A stretch of DNA of 64,000 nucleotides. Origin: Stegostoma tigrinum (taxonomy: Eukaryota). The stretch lies in assembly GCF_030684315.1 (NCBI RefSeq), contig NC_081380.1, positions 17,799,398 through 17,863,397 of the forward strand. The letters are read 5' to 3'. Position numbers and translations under genes: made by a program. Shown one piece after another: positions 1 to 11,499 of the stretch; positions within the stretch are counted from its first letter, which is position 1; every line of letters starts with the position of its first letter. The notes beneath the pieces are model-generated. The model was not told the DNA's origin, did no database searches, and saw nothing but the letters and a program-made list of their open reading frames with translations.

Positions 1-89
1 GCAACATCGTATTTCTGCCATTTTCCGGAGGATGGTATCAAAACAGCTAGGGATGTTCTTTTTTAACACAAAATCATTACATGGTGGGG

Positions 90-620
90 TCCACGAGTGG
101 GGATGTTCCCAAGTGGGGACGTGATATTGCCCTTTTAATTACCTACAGTGGACAGGCTCCCAGCGCGTAAGGGGAGCGCCCATTGGCTATACAGGCTGCT
201 GGTTCTGGTCCGATTAAAGGCACGTCGCATCCTGTGATCTCTCCGGAGGGCAGGGAGTCGAGAGACGGGTTTGAATTGTACGTGAAGGGAATTACATTAA
301 ATTTTCCAACAGCTTGAAAAATCTCGTAAGGATTTTCACGCTGAGTGAAATGCAGTCTTGTGTCCGAGACGTTGCAGTGCATGTAGAGTGGCCACGCTTT
401 TGAAGGCGCAAGTTTGTCGGTGGGTGAATGGTGCAATAGGGTGTAGGACATGTTGATAGCTCAGCAGCCAGCTCGCGGACGCGTGTATTGCAAGTAATCT
501 TTCTGGCAACGGTTTGTACCCTCGCACTGTTCGTTTAGTGGGACGAAGAAACCGAGATTACTAAATTATCGAGGTAAAGTTGGATTGTGAGTCTGTTGTG
601 GGCGCCGGAACTGATTGAGA
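90..620 (+). promoter_or_regulatory. CpG-rich promoter / first-exon region of PSPH
   Basis: High CpG density compared with the CpG-depleted rest of the window; about 1.4 kb upstream of the first coding exon; candidate donors at 326 (gtaagg) and 574 (gag|gtaaag). Confidence 0.6.
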
Positions 621-655
621 AGATAGGAGCTCCTCCATTCTTCTCTCTAACACAG

Positions 656-678
656 GAGGATGTTGCAGGGAACTGGTG
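656..678 (+). other. Candidate 23-nt 5'UTR micro-exon of PSPH containing an upstream ATG (660)
   Basis: Preceded by pyrimidine tract ctcctccattcttctctctaacacag, followed by consensus donor TG|gtgagt. Confidence 0.45.
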
Positions 679-1261
679 GTGAGTTACAGTTCACTCAGTC
701 CGAGTTGCTGTGGCAGTATGAACTTTCGCATGTTGCTGCTTTAGGTGGTGATAGTAAAACGTCCAATTTTCTTTACCTCACATGGCTAATCGTGAAACTC
801 AAGGAGTAATAGAGTTTGTAATTTTTTCAAAGGTTATTTTATTGTCTTTTTAAAAAATTATGCACATACAAAGTTATGAAAGCAGTCCTGTACAGACTTT
901 GAACATGGATTACAAATAAGTGTTGGAATCTGGCATTCCCTACGGCTCCAAAATAAAACCAAAGCATTCATTTCTTATACATTGGTATTTGCATACAACT
1001 GAGGCAGTCAGGGGCTATGGCAACTGAATGGACCCCAGTTGTGCTTTGGCAGAAAGATCTTAATGTGTGATCTTTCCCCACTGTGTCTTGGCAGCAGCTG
1101 TCCCAAGCTTTAATGAGTTCCTCAACCTGTAGTCCTGGATCTTGGAATGTGTCATTTCTGCAACCATCAGTCTCACAATGTCTGGGTATAAATTCCAATT
1201 GCCCCAAAGATGTCATATCAATTGTGGTTTTCCTGCTATGTGAAAAAATATTTAACTTGAG

Positions 1262-1720
1262 AAGGTACCGAAAAGATTTATAAGGATGCTGCCAGGTTGG
1301 AGAGTTTGAGCTGTAGGTGGAGGCTGAATAGGCTGGAGCTATTTTCATCGGAGGCTGAGGGATGACCTTGTAGAGGTTGTAAAATTATGAGGGGCCTAGA
1401 GAGGGTGACTAGCCAAGGTCTCTCTTTTTTTTCCCAAAGTCGGGGTGTCCAAAGTTGAAGGGCATAAGTTTTTTAAGGTGAGAGGGGAAAGGTTTAAAAG
1501 GAACTTGAGGGGCACAACATTCATGCAGAGTGTAGTGTGTGCATGGAATCAGCTGCCAGAGGAATTGGTGGAGGCTGGTACAATTGCAACATTTAAAAGG
1601 CATATGAATAGGAAGGTTTTAGAGGGAAATGGCCATGTTCTGGCAAACAGGACTAGATTAATTTAGGATATCTGGTTAGTGTGGATGAGTGGACTGAAGA
1701 GTCTATTTCTGTGCTGTACA
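1262..1720 (+). mobile_element. Degenerate CR1 LINE 3' fragment
   Basis: GHKFFKVRGERFKRNLRGTTFMQSVVCAWNQLPEE peptide. Confidence 0.8.
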
Positions 1721-1985
1721 ACTGACTCCAAGTCCAAAGAAGTTGGTTTAAAAATAACTTTTGAGATGGGAGGATCATAGTTAAAATTTGTTTCTACTGT
1801 GGACTGCAATTACTCATCCAATAGAGTGAGAAGTGTGAGTAATGGATGACCATCTGACATAAATGAGGTCAACTTCTATTTTGTGGTTGTACTCTGCATT
1901 AATAAGGTCTAGTCACCTTAGCTTCTCCCTGTATAGGATTCTAATTTTTCTTTATTTCTGGACTTACAGGAACCTGTAGAGCAAT

Positions 1986-2125
1986 ATGACTACACTTGCT
2001 GAAACACAAGCTGTTCTTCGCAGTGCTGATGCAGTCTGTTTTGATGTTGACAGTACAGTCATTAAAGAAGAAGGAATTGATGAACTAGCAACATTCTGTG
2101 GTGTCGGTGATGAAGTAGCAGAAAT
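1986..2125 (+). CDS. PSPH: PSPH coding exon 1 (ATG 1986; exon begins 1970)
   Basis: ttacag acceptor ends 1969; encodes ...CFDVDSTVIKEEGIDEL...; donor gtaggt at 2126. Confidence 0.95.
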
Positions 2126-5100
2126 GTAGGTGTTTGACAGGTTTGTCTGGGCCATTGTTTTCCCTCTGTTGAACAGTCTTTAACCCAACTTGTGGTATAT
2201 CTTACATTCTGCCCTTTTAAAATAAATCCTGATCCTCCAACTTGTGGTTATCCAGGAACCTTAATTGAAAGGCTTTCAATGTTGAGTAACAATGTCATCA
2301 GCAAATATACTCAACTGGCAATAAGGCAAGGTAGTTTTTGAGGTGCAGAAGTTGCAGCTAGTAAGACAGCCTTTTGTCAAGTCACAAATATGTCATGACA
2401 TTATTCTCAAATGAGTTAGAAATTAATAGTTTTGATATTTGTTCTAAGAAATCAGCTGCTTTTGATTGTAGAATTGGGAGGTTAGTGTCCAGCCAAATCA
2501 TTGAGATGGACTTGGTGGGAGAAAAGCCATTCACAGCTGGACAGGCTCTTTGTAGGAACCATTCAGTTAGTCCCAATCTTCTCCATTAGGTCTGCAATTC
2601 TAAAAAATGTGGTGTGGACCTGGAAGAGCACAGCAAGTCAGGCAGCATCTGAGGAGCAGAAAAATTGATGTTTCAGGTAGACCCTTCTTCAGAAATGAGC
2701 TTCCTTTTTGGGTAGTGTGTTATGGAGTAGAAACTAGACCCAGACAAGCAGTATACTTTTAAAGCACTTAGGTGGCATCACAGTGTATGATGCTTCAGTA
2801 TAAATGTACCTGCTTCGCCTTCAGTTGTGGCTGTAGTCACAAGTATTTTGTAATACTGTGCCAAGGTTATGTACAGGCTTAAGATCTTATAACAGTGTAA
2901 ATAGTCATTGTTTATAAATCTGAAAACATCTGGCTCATCAAAATGAGTCTTTATTGTATACATTACAAAGGCTAAAATGTAGAGAAATGTAATGAGACAG
3001 CATCATTACTGGCACCTAGGATGCACATTGTACTCCAGATCCTAACAATTTTCTTTTTGCAACAAAACACTTCTGTTGCTAATTCTTTTTGAATTACTTA
3101 AAATGTGTCCACAAGTTACTGATTCTTCAGTCAGTAAACACGGTTTCTCCTTATTTAATCTGTGGAAGCCTATTGTCATTCTGAACACTTTGTATAACTT
3201 CCCTTGTAATTTCTCCACTCTAAGATGAACAACCCCAACCTCTGTGTCTCTGGGTAACAGAGTCTGGTAGTCCCCACCCTCCCACCGGATCAAGGATGAC
3301 TTGGTTTCATTGACGTTTGATAGGTTATGAAACAAATGTAGAGCGCTCATTGGATTAGTAGACTCTGTCACGAACTGGAAGGGATAGTTTTGGATGATGT
3401 ACACTTCCTCCAACATGTCATCTTTGGCTCTGGATGCTCCTGACCAAAGGATTGATGGATTTTGGTGCCTTTCTGACTGAGCCTTCTGGTGCTAATTTTC
3501 TGAGTTTCCATCACCAGTTTTCCTTGGAAGTAGTTGGTCCAGAGTTTTTGTCATCCTCTATTAGTTACTTTGACTGATTTTCTGTTTTTAGGGTGCAGGT
3601 AGCTCAATGCATCACTGGATTTGTACCTCAGCCTTGAGGCAGAGACTTAAAGCTGCTTCTACCCTTTTACAGATCTCATTGTACTGGAATTGGTTGCTCA
3701 GGTTGCAGTGTTTGAAAAATGAGCAAAATTGTGGCTGCAAAGTTTCATGAAGAATGTTATCTGTCACAAAGCATGTTGTTGCATGCCGTGGCATTTTCCA
3801 ATCAACTTCATATTTTTCAATATTTATTACAGGACTCGAAATGCAATGGGAGGGGCCGTCTCATTTAAGAAGGCTCTAACAGAGCGTCTATCTATAATAC
3901 AACCTTCACGAGAGCAAATGAACAAGCTCCTAACTGATCACCCCCCATGTTTAACGGAGGGCATAAAGTAAGCTACTGATAAACTCTAAATGTTAAAGGT
4001 GATTCTGGTGTTGAGTTACTGCAGAAATAACAAAATTACAACGAGAATAAGGAAGTAATTTATATAGTGGTAAAAATGTCTTTATTTCTCTTTATGACAA
4101 CTGTGCTGTGTATAAATATTTTTGGCAGTGATCCTTATCGTAAGGACTATTCCTCGTGGATGCTCAGAATGAAGAGTGACCTCAGGATCTTTTATTAATA
4201 ATGATGAGAAAATTGGACCCCACCTTTATTTCAAAAGAAACATAAATGTAATAACCTCAACTAGTTCTGTTTAGGATTACCTATTTTAAAGCAGGCTTGC
4301 AATGGAATTCAGAAAATGGCTGTCAATAAATATCTGTTTTGTTTGATCCCCTGCATAACTATTTCTTAAACCTTTATTTTCAAAACAGGGAACTGGTCGG
4401 TCAACTTCAACGACGTGGGGTTGAAGTTTTCTTGATATCTGGTGGTTTCAGGAGCATAGTGGACCATTTAGCAACACAGATAAATGTTCCCTTAGCCAAT
4501 GTTTATGCAAACAAGCTGAAGTTTTACTTCAATGGTAAGGATTAATGGTAATTGACTATTTCTAGACCACAAACTGTTGCTTAGTAATATTCGAGAGAGA
4601 GCGAAAATAACTGCTGACTGTAACCAGAATTACTTTCTTCTCTCAACAGGTTACAATCTCCTTGAGAAAGCATAAACCAAAATAATCCAAATGACTACTT
4701 CTGCTTTAGTATGGCTGAGCTACTGTCTATTCCCAATTATTTGGGTTTTAGACTATTTTCTTTTTGACCATTTTTTTTTGTTTCTGCCTGCAGCATACCT
4801 CCAAGAGCTTCTGCCTCCTTACTTCCCAAACAGAGAAACTGACCTCTTCCTGAGAGAGAGCGAGAGATGCTGCTTCCTCCTGCATTAATTCAGTCATCCT
4901 CTTTCTGTCTCTGTCACCTTTGCTGATTTTTGCCTTCACCCCCGGCGCTCAGCTCTTCTTGGAGCCCTACTTTCTGTCTTGCCACGTGGCTTCCAGTCCT
5001 GCTTCCAGAAGGATGATATGGGCCAGTAATTCTTGCTACCCAAGGAAATTGCAGTCGATTCCTTTATAGTTAATATAAACAGATTTTTTTTTCAAACATG

Positions 5101-8100
5101 CTTAAAAACAATTCCACTGACGTTTGAATCAGTTACTGTGCTACTTGCAGGTCAATAGTCGTCACAGCTGTGAAGAAAGCATAGTAATGTTGGTGCAGGA
5201 ATTAATCTTGACTCGAAGCTGTCTCAGTACAATGATCCCAATACCTCCATTGCCCCTTGTACTGTCTGACATCAAATACTGGATGAACAGCAATTTCTTC
5301 CAAAGAAATATAGGGAGGACTTAATCTTTACTGCCTGCTTTTAAGTCTGTTCTTGAGCCATCCATTTTGTCCTTTTTTTCCTGGGATCTGTCTGAGAGTC
5401 AATTAAAGTATTTGAAACTTGGTGACCTTTTTAGACCTTAAAGATGAGCTTCTGCCCATATATTTGGGCCATCACCAAGATTGCTGTGACTCTGCCCCAC
5501 TGCAGTTCATCCACTGCTGAAATCCTAATCTCTGCAGTTATTATCTCCAGGCTTAACTATTCCAGCTTGTAACTGCAGTGATTCTCAGTGGTCGCATGAC
5601 TTGCCTTGCATCAAATATGCTGATGCTGCTTGCAGTGGTAAGGCTGTAGGTACGAGGAAGATGTCTCCAGACCACTCCGATCTTTGCGACCCAGCCACCT
5701 CATTCAGACTGCTGAGGGCAGGAAATAAGGAGGCCTAATGATAGCAAGTGTTACAGGGATCTCTTCTAACCTGGTAAAAGGAGACAGTCATTTCTAGTGC
5801 AAGCCTGCTCTTGACATTAAAATAGGTCGAACATGCTTGACCTATCGAGTCGGTGCTGGATCCCTGCGAGAACAGTCCAGTGAGTCCCAACCCCTGGTGC
5901 TTGCCCTCTAACCCTGCGGTTTGTTTCGCCTTTCCTGTATGAATGAAGTTTGCTTTTGAATGTTTTGCTTGAGTCTACCATCCCAACACTTTCAGGCATT
6001 GCATTTCATATCATTTATCTATCTCTTGCTGCATTTAAAAAAGAAACTTTTTTTGCCTTTGACATTTTCCGAAGTTTTCTTAATTTAATCCTGGAATGTG
6101 GGCATCACTGCCAGCATTTAATGCCTGTCCCCAGTTGCTCTTGAGTATCAATTCCAAAGGGATTCCAACTCAAATTCTACTCCTGTGCGTTATTTCTTTG
6201 AATCCAAATGTCTTTGTTGAATGTTAGCAGGTGATTTAACTGGTCAGTGAAATCAAGAGTAAATTAATGAGGGCGTGATGTGGTTATTGGTTCTTGGGTA
6301 AGGACAGGATTTGGTCATGTATATCCCACAATTGGATAATCTTCAAATATTAATGTTTAATGTTCAAAAACGAATAGTTGTCACTTGCATGAAGGCAATT
6401 GGTGGTTGTGGAGCCGTACTGCCAAGGTAAGACAGCCGTTGCGACGGGAGAAAAGTGGCAAAGGAGGCAAATATCTGTACCTGGCATTTCTTTTTAATAA
6501 TTTTGACAATTATTTCAGTTCCATAAAATATGATTTTTTTTTTTTCTTTCAACACAGCTACACTGTGTAATATATTGTCCAAGTATATCAGGGTGACATT
6601 TGACTAGCATAAACTTTTAAATCATTAGACTTGGATATGAAGGTATACAGGAACCCTCTTCCATGGATCCTTAACATTTCCTATTTATCATAGTTCCCAC
6701 ATAAACCTTGGTAGTCAAATGGTCAAGACAAATGACCTGGAGCTAGCTGTAAACTGCTGATTGGGAAGTTTGAGATTTTCCTTGGTTTTTATTTTCCGTC
6801 TCTTCCTCCTCTTCCATTGTAGTTTGAGGTTCTAGAGACGGAAATTCAAACGATTTGACTTGCCCTCTGGATTAAGTGCTTTGGTGTTCTTTTCATGTTG
6901 TCACTCACTTACATACATCACAAACATTTACAATCTATGCTAGTGCATGTACAATTGACAATGCTGACTGTGGTCTTTCGAGCGTGGTGAACAGTCAAGA
7001 ACATCTCTATTCATATTTTGTCGTATCATTTCATCATATTTTATATATGCAGTAAGTTACAAAAGCTAAGCAGCTAGTGACAGATTGGGGACAGAGAGGC
7101 TTGCATCCCAGTAACTGGTAAATTTTGCCCCATTGACATGCCTGTGTATGAGACAAAAAGATGTGTGGTTTGTTAAAGGGAGCACACAATGTAACGTAAC
7201 GTTGCAGATCATACATGTACTATCTGGGAGGAATGTTGTGGTGTCAGCATCCCTTTCCTGTGTGTCCCAATGATTCTCAACTCCTTTGTTGATCAAAATC
7301 TATCTTAAATCAACCTTGAATATATTTGATGACATAGATTCTATTGCTGTCTGGAGAAGAGAATCGCACACACTAATGACCCTCGGGGGCGGGAAGGTTT
7401 ATTCCAATTGTAGATTGGAGATTGCCTGCCTAATTTTTAAACCATTTCCCATAGTTCTAGATTACTACTGCAAAGAGAAACATCTTGTCAGTCCATCACA
7501 ATGCTTCAATAAGATCACCTTTCATTTTTCTGAACATCATAGGGAATAGACTCCACTTGCTCAACTTTTCCTCTTAAGATAGTGCTTTCATCCAAAGCAT
7601 CAGTGGAGGGAACCTTCTCTGAACTGATTCTAATATAATATCCTTAAGTAGGTACAGACTGGTCCTATACAGCTGGAGGACTACTTCCCAGTCTTAGTTT
7701 TAATGTCATGATCAGGTAGGTCCTGGGCCCAGAGGTAGGGACTGAATCGCACCTCACAAGTTCTCTTCTCCACTTTTTTGGACTTGATTTCCCTTACAGG
7801 ATAAAGCATTCTCATTTGCCTTCAAGCCACTAGCTGCAAATTGCATCACAGCTTTTTGTGATTCAGTTACCAAGACACTCTCTACTGTAAAGTTCTTAAC
7901 TGAATAAAACTCATGAATGGGATTAAGCATCGGCGGTAACAAGCCTCCCTAACCTGTTCTTCCTCTCACCCATCCCTTCCGCCCACCCCAAGCCGCACCT
8001 CCATCTCCTACCTACTAACCTCATCCCACCTCCTTGACCTGTCCGTCTTCCCTGGACTGACCTATCCCCTCCTACCTCCCCACCTATGCTCTCCTCTCCA

Positions 8101-8745
8101 CCTATCTTCTTTTCTCTCCATCTTCGGTCCGCCTCCCCCTCTCTCCCTATTTATTCCAGAACCCTCACCCCATCCCCCTCTCTGATGAAGGGTCTCGGCC
8201 CGAAACGTCAGCTTTTGTGCTCCTGAGATGCTGCTGGGCCTGCTGTGTTCATCCAGCCTCACATTTTATTATCTTAGACAACAGTTGACCTTGTTTTGCC
8301 GCAGGTGATTATGCTGGTTTTGATGAAACTCAACCAACAGCAGAATCTGGTGGGAAAGGCCGAATCATAGCTCGTCTAAAAGAAGAAAGAGGCTTTAAGA
8401 AGGTTGTTATGATTGGAGATGGAGCCACAGACCTGGAAGCATGGCCTCCTGCAGTACGTACTAACATAGAATGAACTTTGTTACTTCAAAGGAGTAACTT
8501 ACTGTTTTAGTTAGTCTTAACCTTAAGCTTTTCATTGACTTTTTTGGGACTGATTTTCTAAGTCTAAACAAACAACCATTTTGTATTTAAGTTATAAAAA
8601 GTAAATGCCCGGTTAAACTATTGGCTTCTTTTTCTAGGATGCATTTATCGGATTTGGTGGGAACGTTGTCCGACAGCAAGTAAAAGAGAAAGCCAAGTGG
8701 TTTGTCACAAGTTTTAAAGAAATTACTGAAGAACTGGAAAAGTGA
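1986..8745 (+). CDS. PSPH: Phosphoserine phosphatase, spliced CDS join(1986-2125,3833-3967,4389-4534,8305-8453,8638-8745), 225 aa
   Basis: Spliced translation MTTLAETQAVLRSADAVCFDVDSTVIKEEGIDELA...VFLISGGF...ESGGKG...MIGDGATDLEA...AFIGFGGNVVRQQVKEKAKWFV carries the HAD motifs (DxDST, SGG, K, GDGxxD). All introns are GT-AG with compatible phases; 678 nt total. Confidence 0.97.
3833..3967 (+). CDS. PSPH: PSPH coding exon 2
   Basis: ttacag|G ACT CGA; TRNAMGGAVSFKKALTERLSIIQPSREQ; donor gtaagc. Confidence 0.95.
4389..4534 (+). CDS. PSPH: PSPH coding exon 3
   Basis: ELVGQLQRRGVEVFLISGGFRSIV...ANKLKFYFNG; cag acceptor, gtaagg donor. Confidence 0.95.
7943..8275 (+). mobile_element. Penelope family A solo pLTR / 3' fragment in PSPH intron
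   Basis: Near-identical to 35431-35758 and 60217-60537; ends about 30 nt before the acceptor of the exon at 8305. Confidence 0.9.
8180..8211 (+). ncRNA. Minimal hammerhead ribozyme motif (PLE family A), sense to PSPH pre-mRNA
   Basis: CU-CUGAUGA-A-GGGUC(UC)GGCCC-GAAAC-GUC-AG. Confidence 0.65.
8305..8453 (+). CDS. PSPH: PSPH coding exon 4
   Basis: DYAGFDETQPTAESGGKGRII...VMIGDGATDLEAWPPA; ccgcag acceptor, gtacgt donor. Confidence 0.95.
8638..8745 (+). CDS. PSPH: PSPH last coding exon
   Basis: ttctag|GAT GCA TTT; DAFIGFGGNVVRQQVKEKAKWFVTSFKEITEELEK*, TGA at 8743-8745. Confidence 0.95.
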   Translation, partial: DAFIGFGGNVVRQQVKEKAKWFVTSFKEITEELEK

Positions 8746-10295
8746 CTTGTAATAATTTTAAGATCAATGTGAAGAGATTCTCTAGTTTTTAATGATTTCT
8801 TTTTTACTCTTAACTTCCCTTCTTGATCTTTCACATAATGTCTGGCTTCTACACAGCCTGTAGCTGGGTTCAAGATTTAAGTTAGTGCAATTGCCAACGT
8901 CACAAGCTGGGTCTCCAATTTTTGTTCTCTCCCTCCTGTAGAGTGATTCCAACCTAATGCCTTGCAGTGAAATTGTATGTTTGGAAGAATTGAGCCATGC
9001 TCACATTTGAAACACAAACCCATGATCAATATGGTATCAAGAAATTTTTGCCTTTTCAAAAATGTATTGGCTGTTTAGATTTTTTTTTTCTAAGTTGTTC
9101 ACTCGACTGATTCCTCGCATCAAGTTGTCATCTTTAGGATGAAAGGTTGAATAAGTTGGGTCTATGTCCAATGAAGTTTGGAATAACAAGAGATGATCCT
9201 TATTGAAACCTAGGCGATCCTAATGCAACATGACAGGATGTTTTCCCACTGTGCGGGAGTCTAGAACCAAGGGAGACAGTTTAAAAATTAGGTGTCTCAT
9301 TTAAGACTGAAATAAGATGAATGTTTTATCTCTGAGGGTCAATATTCTCTGCTTTATTTTCCCTAGGAGTAATGGAGGCTGGGTCATCTGAATTTATTCA
9401 ACATAAATGGAGCAAGAGACCAGTCATTATGGCCCCTTAAGCTTCCTCCACCATTTAATAAAATAATGGCTGATTTGATCAAACTCAAATCCACATTCCT
9501 GCCAAACCTGATCACCTTTCACCCCATTGTTTACCAGGAATGTTTCTACCTTTTTTGTCTTTAAAATATGCAAAGACACTGCTTCCACGGCCTTTTTCAA
9601 GAAGAGAGTTTCAATGGAGGAGGAGAAGAAATCACTTAATTTTGTTCTGATTAGGTGACCTTTTTGTTTTAAACTAACACCTAGTTTTAGACTCTGTTCC
9701 TATTATTGACAATCCTGTCGACACCTACACTGCCAAGATCCTTCATGGTCTTGTGTTGCAGTCTAATGTGAGCAGGCAAATGGGATGCCAGGTTATTATC
9801 AATATTTATATGTAAAGAAACTAGGTTCCTAATATCCTTTCTTACCTTCTTTGGGAACCTGGTACACTTGGTTTAGCCCTTATTTTCATGATCGCATAGC
9901 TTTTGACAAAAACCTGTCAAAATACAAACCCAGCTTGTGACGGAGTCTCTTTCTTAGGCCTTCCTTGTTGATTTTGTACACTGTAAAATAGGAGCGGTGT
10001 TTTATCTCAGGGTGAAAAAGAAATTTACATGTATTGAAACATGACTTGGCATTGTTAAGTCTTGATGACCATTTCAGTCAATGTAACTGAAACTTTGGAG
10101 CCTGATTTGTCGAACTTTTTCCTATTACTAACCTTGTACTTCCCTTCCCAAATGCCACCATACCCTTGGGCCTGTGTTTGAATCTGATTGATCATGGCAA
10201 ATTATTTTGCATTGATAGTGATTATTAATAAATATTCATAATGAACAATCATGGCAGAAATTGGAGCACAGTAATAGCAAAGGAAAAAGAGATTG

Positions 10296-10301
10296 AATAA
10301 A
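10296..10301 (+). terminator. Candidate PSPH poly(A) signal AATAAA
   Basis: AATAAA in non-repetitive sequence about 1.55 kb after the stop, with U/GU-rich sequence downstream; an alternative lies at 10227-10232. Confidence 0.3.
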
Positions 10302-10384
10302 AATGTTGCATCATTTTGATATCTGTGACAGCACTGTCTTTCCTACCTGTGCAGTCTGTTACATGTGGACTTTGATTTAGGGTC

Positions 10385-11260
10385 TTAGAGAGTCAGAGTT
10401 GTAAAGCGTGGAAACAGACCCTTTAATCCAATTCATCCATGCTGACCAGATTTCCTAAATTACTGTAGAGCTGTTTGGCCCATATCTGTCTCAAGCCCTT
10501 CCTATTCATGTATCCATCCGCATGCCTTTTAAATGTTGTAATTGTACCAATCATTCCTTATGTGCACCACCCTCTGTGTGAAGAAGTTGCACTATCGATC
10601 CCTTTTTAAATCTTTCCCCTCTCACCTTAAACCCATGTCCTCTACTTTTGGACTCCCCTACTCTTGTGGTTTTTCATTTCCTCAATCTCTGATGCTGCAG
10701 GGAAAATAGCCCCAACCTGTTCCACATCTCCCTACAGCTCAAACTCCAACCCCAGCAATATCCTTGTTAATCTTTTCTACACCCTTTTGAGTTTCACAAT
10801 ATCTTTCCTATAGAAGGGACAGAAAAGAGTGTTCCAGAAGTGGCCTAACCCATGTCCTATATGGCTGCAACTTGACATCCCAATTCCCATACTTAATGCA
10901 CTGAACAATAATGGCAAGCATACCAAACGCTGCCTTCACTTCAAGATAGTAAGAACTGCAGATACTGGAGTCAGAGATAAGTGTGGAGCTGGAGGAACAC
11001 AGTAGGCCACACAGCCTTAGAGGAGCAGGAAAGTCAGTGTTTCGGGTTGGGACCTGAAGAAGGGTCCTGACCTGAAACGTCAACTTTCCTGCTCCTCTGC
11101 TGCCTGGTCTGCTGTATTCCTCCAGGTCCTCATGGTATTATGGCTGCCTTTACAACCTTTTAAGTGTGTAAGTCCTGCCCTGATCTGCCTTTCCAAATTT
11201 ATCTATCACATTTATCTAAAATAAACTCCTTTTGCCACTCCTTAGCCCATCTGATCAAGA
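10385..11260 (-). mobile_element. Degenerate CR1 LINE 3' fragment interrupted by a PLE mini-element
   Basis: AFGMLAII...YRTWVRPLLEH remnant of CR1 ORF2 C-terminus. Confidence 0.75.
10944..11140. mobile_element. Palindromic Penelope-derived mini-element (family A2) inserted in a CR1 fragment
   Basis: agatagtaagaactgcagatactggag... left arm with inverted right arm ctgaagaagggtcctgacctgaaacgtc...; gctgcctt duplicated on both flanks. Confidence 0.8.
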
Positions 11261-11499
11261 TTTACATGCAGCATACACAAGTGAACTATGATTCTCATCA
11301 CTATGATGAGATCTAATCCTGAAGTGAGGGACATCCACCACTAATCCAGCTGAAATTGTTCTGCTGAGCTACTTTAAAGAACCTTAAGTACGCATCTAAT
11401 AACTATATATTACCTTTGTGCATGTTGTGTGAGTTTGTATTGACCGTCTTTGATCTTCACTGTAATAAATGTCATTTGTGTGTATTACATGGGAATATA

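Noticed and set aside
1-30. Minus-strand ATG (aaaATGGCAGAA) at window start as the CCT6A start
   Set aside because: Translation MAEIRCC does not resemble the CCT6A N-terminus (MAAVK...); more likely a YY1/ETS-like promoter motif.
5606-10312. TTGCATCA (C/EBP-ATF4 CARE-like) motifs at 5606, 7841 and 10305 within or near PSPH
   Set aside because: An 8-mer that also occurs elsewhere in the window (about 19066 and 63678); not distinguishable from chance without conservation or ChIP data.
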